A stretch of DNA of 63,961 nucleotides, filler included, from Octopus bimaculoides (Eukaryota), in NCBI RefSeq assembly GCF_001194135.2. It is 6 parts of 6 records of this genome, joined end to end, with 100 filler letters (N's around TTAATTAATTAA, not from the genome) between each part and the next. Parts side by side here need not be neighbours in the genome. Positions count along the whole stretch, not along the records: positions 54,242 to 58,617 come from NC_068985.1; positions 58,718 to 62,820 come from NC_068991.1; positions 62,921 to 63,961 come from NW_026439440.1; 3 more parts are not named here. The stretch is one strand, 5' to 3'. This document shows positions 54,901-63,961 of the stretch, one piece after another. The position numbers and the translations under genes are program-made. Positions within the stretch are counted from its first letter, which is position 1; each line of letters opens with the position of its first letter. Below the pieces are notes generated by a model. That model was given only the letters and a program-made list of their open reading frames with translations, made no database searches and was not told where the DNA came from.

Positions 54901-55574
54901 ACTTGTTCTTAGTTCTCAGCAATCAAGAAGTCTTGTACTTAGTTCCAAAGTCACTTGCTTGTCTTCAATGAACAACTATGTTTGATCCAATCGTTTTATA
55001 TTTTGCTATGGATTATGCGTATTTTTAGAAATCTAACTACTTCGGAATAATAGGCCACAGGTTAGAATATCGTATCCATTTCTCGGTTCAATCTCTGATC
55101 TAACATAAAGGAATATAACCTTAAGATTATTTTCGATTATATCAATCATAACCTTGCATCAGTAACACATACAAAATGGGTAAATATTCCAAAATAAACT
55201 GCCAACATCATCGCGAAACTCGGANNNNNNNNNNNNNNNNNNNNNNNNNNNNNNNNNNNNNNNNNNNNNNNNNNNNNNNNNNNNNNNNNNNNNNNNNNNN
55301 NNNNNNNNNNNNNNNNNNNNNNNNNNNNNNNNNNNNNNNNNNNNNNNNNNNNNNNNNNNNNNNNNNNNNNNNNNNNNNNNNNNNNNNNNNNNNNNNNNNN
55401 NNNNNNNNNNNNNNNNNNNNNNNNNNNNNNNNNNNNNNNNNNNNATACATATGAGTACCTATAAATATTGCAGACATACATACGTACATACATACATACA
55501 TACATACATATCTATCTATCTATCTATCTATCTCTCTATCTAACCTCCCCTTTCTCTTTTTCTTTCTCCCTTTT

Positions 55575-55638
<64 letters not shown>

Positions 55639-55994
55639 TATGCACACACACACATACATGCACATTTATATATACATACATCCATTCACACACATTTATA
55701 TAGACATACGCACACACACGCGCGCGCACACAGATTTTTATATATAAAAGAAACAGATAAACAGATGTAGGCGTAAGAAGTGCATTCACATGATAAGTTG
55801 TTTATATAAATAAATGTTGCTTATCCTCCATAACCCCCACTTTTGTTTATTCGTCAATTCTCTCTACTTCAGCGCTACCTTTCCTGCACGAAAGAGTTCG
55901 AATGTCGACTTCGGATTCATCTGAGTGGTAACTGGTGACAATCTATACCATCCTTGCTTCACTATTCTTCAGCAGATTCTTTGTAACAATACAT

Positions 55995-56876
55995 ATGTAT
56001 GTATTTCTTGCCAATAGAGAAAGAACCGGTTTCTAACCTACATCCAAGGCTCCTTCATTGCAATTTCAACAACGTATACAGAGCAATTTTGTATTTATGT
56101 ATATGTGCAGATTTCTATGTTTTGTTTTATGCATCTCTTCTCATGCATATTGTTGCATGTCTAAACGTGCCCATGTATACATAAATTATAAACTTCTGGA
56201 AAGTTTTACAGATTTTTATAGTCTCGGTGATGGATTGGATCTGTAGTCTTCGAATCAGATTTCTCACTTCTGGTTTTAAGAAACCTAATTTCTCAAGATT
56301 TGTATTTAGGCAGAGTGTTACATATCCTAGGGCCCCAATAATTACAGGCATAAACCTGGACTTGTAATCTGGACAGAGTAACTGCAGATTTCTCATTACT
56401 TCAGCATAGGTGTTCTCTTTTTCACTGATCTTTAGCTTTATGTTAACATCCGCTGGACAGTTGATTTCCACAACTGTACACAGTTTCTCTTCTCTATCCC
56501 AGAGCATTATGTCAGGTCTACTGTATTTACATTTTATTGAGGTTTCCACTGGGATATCTTAGCAGTACTTCTTTTTATCATGAGTGGCTATAGCTTCTAT
56601 CATACTGTGGCTCCTTATTTTTTGTCCTCGGGATTATCCTTCCGACGGATTTCATTATGTAGTGTCCTAGCTACAACATCATGTCTCATCGGTAGATAAT
56701 ACTGTGATGACATTTTCAGACGACTGCTTATGATGTGGGTGTTATCGTTGGTGTTAACTCCACAAAGTGTGCATCGGTTGTCACATTTTACTGTTTTTCT
56801 TGCATCTCTGTCCCTTTTGTGCTTTAGGTATTTCGTTGATATTTCCTGTTCCTGGATTGCAAACGCATACCCTTCA
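55995..56876 (-). mobile_element. 5'-truncated R4-clade non-LTR retrotransposon (CCHC knuckle and restriction-like endonuclease)
   Basis: EGYAFAIQEQEISTKY, CTLCG...NTHIISS......Y..MRHDVVARTLH, SRPDIMLWDREEKLCTVVEINCPADVN..KISEKENTY and PVIIGALG match the PD-(D/E)xK RLE layout of R4/Dong elements. Confidence 0.88.
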
Positions 56877-59800
56877 TACATACATACATGCATACATACA
56901 TACATACATACCTAGATAGGTACATACATACACACACACACGCGCACACATACATACATATATCCATACATACATATATCCATACATACATACATGCGTA
57001 CATGTATGATTGGTTGCATGGATGGATGGATGCATGCATGCATATGTTTATAAGTCAGTTGGCATTTAGCCCCCCCCCCCCATAAACCGACTCATCGAGT
57101 ATAGATATCAGTGTTCTAAATAGCACCCATGATTTCATATGTTTTGTTTTATCTGTGATAAACTGGCTTCGAAATTCCCAAAGAAACATTATAAACTATA
57201 ACAAAGAAATGGAAACCTTCCTACAAAACAACTTAATAGATTCGTTGGCAAGCACACGATATTTCAATAAACACATATAACATAAGTTTTAACGCATTGT
57301 TATAATAGTTTCATTCGGAAAAGTAAATCTCACACAATTCCTATGATTTCCTGTGAATCTCTCTAACACTTAACTGACTGATGCATCTGATCCACAAATA
57401 TTGATTTTCCACATTGGAACAACGCCAGAGGAGTCGATATTTTTTTTTTATTGATTCAAAATCAGTAGATGACAGGTATTGTTGTTAACTCCAGCCCACC
57501 TAGAGAAGAAAAACAAGGGTAACATGTTGTACCCTAACTAAACGAGAGATAACGTTTGTTCAAACGTATCTGCTAATTAACCGCTCCAGACTGACAAGGT
57601 CACGAATTTGTACGAGATAATTATATTGATTAACAAAGACTATAGAACATTAACGGTACTTACTTCTATCGACCATGATGAAATGAAAAGCAAAGTCACT
57701 CCTGGCGGTATATTTTGAACAACGCTTTAATTTAATAAAATCACTCTTTTCACTTCAGTTTCTTTAGTTTATATTGATACGTCTACACCAATCGTCCTAT
57801 AAATATAGATCTTAACGCATATCTATGTCCATTTTATTTTGAATATCAACATTCACAGTTATTGATTGCTGAAATATTCCTCGCTCTAGCCTTGAAATGT
57901 ATATTTTATGAACAGATAATATGATATATAAATAAAATATAGAATAAATATTCTTTGTCTTTGCATCATATTTCTTTGATTTTATTGAACTGACAACGGA
58001 ACTGAAATTTTCATGGTTGCATCATTCTATTCAAACCCTTCTTTCTTGTGTAGTCATCATCTATGGCTTTCTTGTTCAGTTAATTATCTTGCAGCCATAT
58101 TAGTCTTTGCAGCATCCCTTCTATTCATCTGGAAGTTAATTGTTTTCATGTTGTCCTGGTTCGAATTTTGTTAGTAAGTCTTTTTTCGAGTTTTATCTTC
58201 TCAGTGATTGGAATCTTCTGGCTTGTGTTTTCTCCAGCATTAGCGTTTCTGCTTTGTATTCTTTCTTTTAACTGTTGTATTTAAATTTATAATATCTTTA
58301 TGTCTTCTTGAATGTGCTCCTAAATTACATAGTCATTTAGAATCAACAATTTCTTCTAGATCATAATTATTTTCCCTTCAAATTTTATACGAAAATATTG
58401 TCTAGTTTCGGTTGTGAGACAGGTTGTAGTTAACAAAATTGAGTGTAGTATAAAAGCTATTTCTCTCATTCCCATTTCTGACTTTTCTGTTTAATTTGAA
58501 TAAAGTTATTCGCTTAGTTTAAATCAGTGTTTCTCAACATTTTTACCCTTGCGTAACCCTTAAAATAAATTACATGTCTCAAGCAACCCCTGCACAAAAA
58601 AATTATATACCATATCTNNNNNNNNNNNNNNNNNNNNNNNNNNNNNNNNNNNNNNNNNNNNTTAATTAATTAANNNNNNNNNNNNNNNNNNNNNNNNNNN
58701 NNNNNNNNNNNNNNNNNGGTATGTCTTGTAGTTGCAGACCCTAGGATGTAACTATTATATTTTCGTAACAGAACTGATAATACATGCATATGTTTATATA
58801 ATTTGTTTTTCTCTTATTTTTCCCTTCAACAGCTTACAAATCCCCTTATTCGCACTCTGGAATCCATCGCTACCAGTTCTTACTGTATCCACAAATTCTC
58901 GATTCTGTCGTGCTAAAACCACAAATAGCATTAACTAGATTACTTCATGTTAATGAATTTGAAACCAAGAACAAAGTGTCGTACATAATGAGCTTTCAAT
59001 ACCTCATTTCTGTAGAAAGACGTGCTTCAACGGCTTCTGATCTGATCAANNNNNNNNNNNNNNNNNNNNNNNNNNNNNNNNNNNNNNNNNNNNNNNNNNN
59101 NNNNNNNNNNNNNNNNNNNNNNNNNNNNNNNNNNNNNNNNNNNNNNNNNNNNNNNNNNNNNNNNNNNNNNNNNNNNNNNNNNNNNNNNNNNNNNNNNNNN
59201 NNNNNNNNNNNNNNNNNNNNNNNNNNNNNNNNNNNNNNNNNNNNNNNNNNNNNNNNNNNNNNNNNNNNNNNNNNNNNNNNNNNNNNNNNNNNNNNNNNNN
59301 NNNNNNNNNNNNNNNNNNNNNNNNNNNNNNNNNNNNNNNNNNNNNNNNNNNNNNNNNNNNNNNNNNNNNNNNNNNNNNNNNNNNNNNNNNNNNNNNNNNN
59401 NNNNNNNNNNNNNNNNNNNNNNNNNNNNNNNNNNNNNNNNNNNNNNNNNNNNNNNNNNNNNNNNNNNNNNNNNNNNNNNNNNNNNNNNNNNNNNNNNNNN
59501 NNNNNNNNNNNNNNNNNNNNNNNNNNNNNNNNNNNNNNNNNNNNNNNNNNNNNNNNNNNNNNNNNNNNNNNNNNNNNNNNNNNNNNNNNNNNNNNNNNNN
59601 NNNNNNNNNNNNNNNNNNNNNNNNNNNNNNNNNNNNNNNNNNNNNNNNNNNNNNNNNNNNNNNNNNNNNNNNNNNNNNNNNNNNNNNNNNNNNNNNNNNN
59701 NNNNNNNNNNNNNNNNNNNNNNNNNNNNNNNNNNNNNNNNNNNNNNNNNNNNNNNNNNNNNNNNNNNNNNNNNNNNNNNNNNNNNNNNNNNNNNNNNNNN

Positions 59801-61770
59801 NNNNNNNNNNNNNNNNNNNNNNNNNNNNNNNNNNNNNNNNNNNNNNNNNNNNNNNNNNNNNNNNNNNNNNNNNNNNNNNNNNNNNNNNNNNNNNNNNNNN
59901 NNNNNNNNNNNNNNNNNNNNNNNNNNNNNNNNNNNNNNNNNNNNNNNNNNNNNNNNNNNNNNNNNNNNNNNNNNNNNNNNNNNNNNNNNNNNNNNNNNNN
60001 NNNNNNNNNNNNNNNNNNNNNNNNNNNNNNTTCAGCTTCGACAAGTTCCCGCCACTACCATATTTCTGTGTAGACTCTGTGTCTACAGTAGAGAAGATTA
60101 TCTCTCAGAAATAATTTTTCAGACAGGCATCAGTTCTATGTTCAGGGTACTCCCATGCACGCAAGAACACAATCTCATGTTCCCGTTGTACTATGCTGAT
60201 ATATCACGGATCTAACAAGTGTTCTTGCGCAAGGGACAGACAGAAATCAGTTATTTATTAGAGTGCTTGACGTTTAAGGTCCACAACAACCAGACGGACT
60301 CTCAGGCCAATCCAATAGCTACTTCCCCTGACAAGCTCTACGTTTTAGGGTCTGTTCACAGTTATGTAACCCGAAAGGTCGGTACTGTCACCCGGATGAT
60401 CTACATTAAAACTTGGAGTAAGTCCACCTGTTTGATATGCCCTACAACTGGCATTAAATATCTTCCTGCTCTCATACTTCAATGACGGTAATTTTTATGA
60501 CCAAACTAATCTTTCTAGGAATGTGCCAATGTCAAACTCTGCAGAATTATTATGTGCAATTGCTTAGAAGGATAAAACTCAATCTAAATCCAAGTAGATT
60601 TTACCAACCCGTACTCACCCTAACCCCCTACCCTAATCCCACCCCTAATCATTTCTAANNNNNNNNNNNNNNNNNNNNNNNNNNNNNNNNNNNNNNNNNN
60701 NNNNNNNNNNNNNNNNNNNNNNNNNNNNNNNNNNNNNNNNNNNNNNNNNNNNNNNNNNNNNNNNNNNNNNNNNNNNNNNNNNNNNNNNNNNNNNNNNNNN
60801 NNNNNNNNNNNNNNNNNNNNNNNNNNNNNNNNNNNNNNNNNNNNNNNNNNNNNNNNNNNNNNNNNNNNNNNNNNNNNNNNNNNNNNNNNNNNNNNNNNNN
60901 NNNNNNNNNNNNNNNNNNNNNNNNNNNNNNNNNNNNNNNNNNNNNNNNNNNNNNNNNNNNNNNNNNNNNNNNNNNNNNNNNNNNNNNNNNNNNNNNNNNN
61001 NNNNNNNNNNNNNNNNNNNNNNNNNNNNNNNNNNNNNNNNNNNNNNNNNNNNNNNNNNNNNNNNNNNNNNNNNNNNNNNNNNNNNNNNNNNNNNNNNNNN
61101 NNNNNNNNNNNNNNNNNNNNNNNNNNNNNNNNNNNNNNNNNNNNNNNNNNNNNNNNNNNNNNNNNNNNNNNNNNNNNNNNNNNNNNNNNNNNNNNNNNNN
61201 NNNNNNNNNNNNNNNNNNNNNNNNNNNNNNNNNNNNNNNNNNNNNNNNNNNNNNNNNNNNNNNNNNNNNNNNNNNNNNNNNNNNNNNNNNNNNNNNNNNN
61301 NNNNNNNNNNNNNNNNNNNNNNNNNNNNNNNNNNNNNNNNNNNNNNNNNNNNNNNNNNNNNNNNNNNNNNNNNNNNNNNNNNNNNNNNNNNNNNNNNNNN
61401 NNNNNNNNNNNNNNNNNNNNNNNNNNNNNNNNNNNNNNNNNNNNNNNNNNNNNNNNNNNNNNNNNNNNNNNNNNNNNNNNNNNNNNNNNNNNNNNNNNNN
61501 NNNNNNNNNNNNNNNNNNNNNNNNNNNNNNNNNNNNNNNNNNNNNNNNNNNNNNNNNNNNNNNNNNNNNNCATTAACCACCAACGGAGCCGCAAATGCAA
61601 AATATAAGTTAGTCCTAGAGTGTACAATGTTCCTGAAGGTCGGCAATGGTCTTTCTCGGTCACGAGTGGACGGNNNNNNNNNNTGTTCCTGAAGGTCGGC
61701 AATGGTCTTTCTCGGTCACGAGTGGACGGCCATGATCATCATCGTCATCATGTATGTTAAAGTTCTAGAT

Positions 61771-62820
61771 TCGGCTGAAAAGTTTATAGGTTGACCAAAA
61801 TAATCTCATGGAATATAACCAAAGGAGGTAAATTTTTCTACATTGACCCCTTTGAGGTCCATACACTTCTTTCTTTGGCGTTGCAGTGCTTGGATCCATT
61901 TTGTAAAGAAGCTTTCATTCAGTTGGTCAAAAAGTTCATCACAAACTGATATGACGTCATCGTTACTGTGATACATGCAGTCCTTCATATTGGGGAACAN
62001 NNNNNNNNNATGACGTCATCGTTACTGTGATACATGCAGTCCTTCATATTGGGGAACAGATGGTAGTCAGATGGTGACAAATTAGGAAAGTAAAGAGCGT
62101 GACCAACCAGTTGNNNNNNNNNNAGTCAGATGGTGACAAATTAGGAAAGTAAAGAGCGTGACCAACCAGTTGACAGTCACAGTCATGCACTGCAGCCATT
62201 GAATCGAAGGACTTGTGTGCTGGAACACCTGACGAAAGAAGACACCTTTCTTAAGTTTTCTTTGTTTATTTGGTCTTGACAGACTTTCGTAATTGTCTCA
62301 ACAAGTTGGCATACTACTCTCCATTGATCGTGTGGCCAATTTGAAGATAGTCAATGGACGGACACAATGCCCTTTACATCCTGAAAAAACTGAAGCCACC
62401 ATCTTCCCTACTGATGTAACGACTCGAGTCTTTTCTGGTACAGGTGAGTAGGGGGTGTTTCCATTGCATACATTATCGCGTTGTCTCTGGCTCAATGTGA
62501 TGAACGCAACACTTATCCGGACTTATCTGGTTCGAGGAAACCAGCTGGATCTGCCTGAAACAATGTGAGATTTTGCCGTAATGTGAAGACGTATTAGAAG
62601 ACGTGGCACCTACCGAGCAGAAACCTTCGTCATACCAAATTCATTGTGCAGAATATTCTTGGCTATTCATCTGTCCACTTTTGCACTGTAGATAAAGGTG
62701 AGGCTTCATCCCCTGATGTAGCAACCCTGACAGCATAAATGTCGTCGGGGGTTAAGCCCTTGTTCTGCAGGTACTTGGTAACACTACGGTGCCAAATTTT
62801 GTCCATCTTGAATAGAAATC
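61771..62820 (-). mobile_element. Decayed mariner transposon
   Basis: N-terminus MDKIWHRSVTKYLQNKGLTPDDIY...STVQKW; middle SPVPEK.RV..SVGKMVASVF; C-terminus FFTKWIQALQRQRKKCMDLKGVNVEK. TIR-like tcggctgaaaagtttatagg at 61771. Confidence 0.88.
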
Positions 62821-63364
62821 NNNNNNNNNNNNNNNNNNNNNNNNNNNNNNNNNNNNNNNNNNNNTTAATTAATTAANNNNNNNNNNNNNNNNNNNNNNNN
62901 NNNNNNNNNNNNNNNNNNNNGTCGATAAAATAAGTACCAATTGAGCACTGGGGTTGATATAATCGACTTAGCCCCTCTCCCAAACCCCGTTGGCTTTTTG
63001 CCAAAATTTGAAACCACTATTGAGAGCGATAGCAAGATGAAAAATAAAAATAAATATCGTCTACGAAGCCTTTCCACCACCTGAGAGTTATTTATTGCTA
63101 ACAAAGTATCATCCCTGTGTAATTCATTACCGAGTTCTTGGAAATCGACTTTGTATTGATGTATCAAAAACAGTGCTGACGAAGTCAGTAGCCAGAAGTG
63201 AATCTGATGAATCCACCAGAAACATGTATCTGCGACTGTTTTCTTACCTCCCGAAAATAAAAGCAAGAAAATGTATTGTCATGAGTAGTTGGTCACATGG
63301 GGCCAGTGACCCGGTTTTCATGGCGTATAAGAGACCCAAATCACAATATTACTGCTGAATGTGA

Positions 63365-63545
63365 CACAAGTCCATCGTGGGGTCAACTCCCTAGCTATTG
63401 TTGGAGTTTACTTACAGGCAAGTGGACGGGAGCATTGTGAAATGATGTGTTTTGCTCAAGAACACAACGCACCAATCAGTCCGGGAATCGAAACTACGGT
63501 TTTACGATCGTGAGTGAAACATCCTAACCACAAGGCCATGCCCCT
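63365..63545 (-). mobile_element. Family-C-related SINE, partial
   Basis: ttgctcaagaacacaacgcac...ccgggaatcgaaac...taaccac matches 31682-31996. Confidence 0.7.
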
Positions 63546-63551
63546 TCACAG

Positions 63552-63586
<35 letters not shown>

Positions 63587-63961
63587 AAGAGTATAAATAT
63601 AAAAATAGAAGAAAAAAAAAGAAATAAAATAGATGTGTGCACACATTATCAACTACATGTACATAACGTATACGCCTCGTCTGTTTACCGGTAGGCTACG
63701 GTAAGTCGTGGTGAATAATACTCTCTCAACCACCTGAATGTCATGGGGAAGCGAGATAACTCACCTCACATCCCATCCAGGATATTTCGCCATTTTTGTG
63801 GCTTATCAATTATCACGTACACGAACAAGATCGGAGATGAATCACATCGCCAGTCCACGACTTATGTTCGGGTATGTCCGGGCAATACATACGTAAGAAT
63901 AAATTCAAATAGGAAATAGAAGTAGCGCTGGTGTTATAAACATTATCCAACTATATACATA

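Noticed and set aside
61625-62175. Three exact ~40-50-bp direct repeats (61628/61684, 61951/62010, 62065/62124)
   Set aside because: Each pair flanks a 10-N gap, which is typical of unmerged contig overlaps.
22641-62876. Recurrent TTAATTAATTAA motif as a regulatory or recombination site
   Set aside because: It is always embedded in N runs and is an artificial six-frame-stop linker.

Overview
A gap-rich, AT-rich, microsatellite-dense animal genomic window made almost entirely of transposable elements. The repeat landscape suggests a coleoid cephalopod such as Octopus (inference). No host gene can be firmly identified, only a few candidate exons. Supported elements: two Penelope-like retroelements (PLEs; one open 3' ORF at the window start with an in-frame poly-Asn microsatellite, and one decayed minus-strand copy split by an RTE fragment); a 5'-truncated RTE LINE with up to three C-terminal C2H2-type fingers, interrupted by an 834-bp solo LTR with a 4-bp TSD; further RTE fragments; an R4-clade RLE retrotransposon fragment; a decayed mariner; Tc1/mariner and hAT MITEs; a 91-bp mini-Helitron; a ~550-bp foldback; and many tRNA-derived SINEs, some in tandem arrays. 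The most notable signal absent from the ORF track is hammerhead ribozymes: one apparently intact minimal type I hammerhead (49227-49270, minus strand), one decayed hammerhead whose cleavage site sits at the edge of an inverted repeat (12033-12110, minus strand), and a weaker candidate near 63.2 kb. TTAATTAATTAA inside N runs is an assembly linker, so contiguity across those joins is uncertain. Most ORFs in the track are microsatellite or gap artefacts. All alignments and counts were done by eye.
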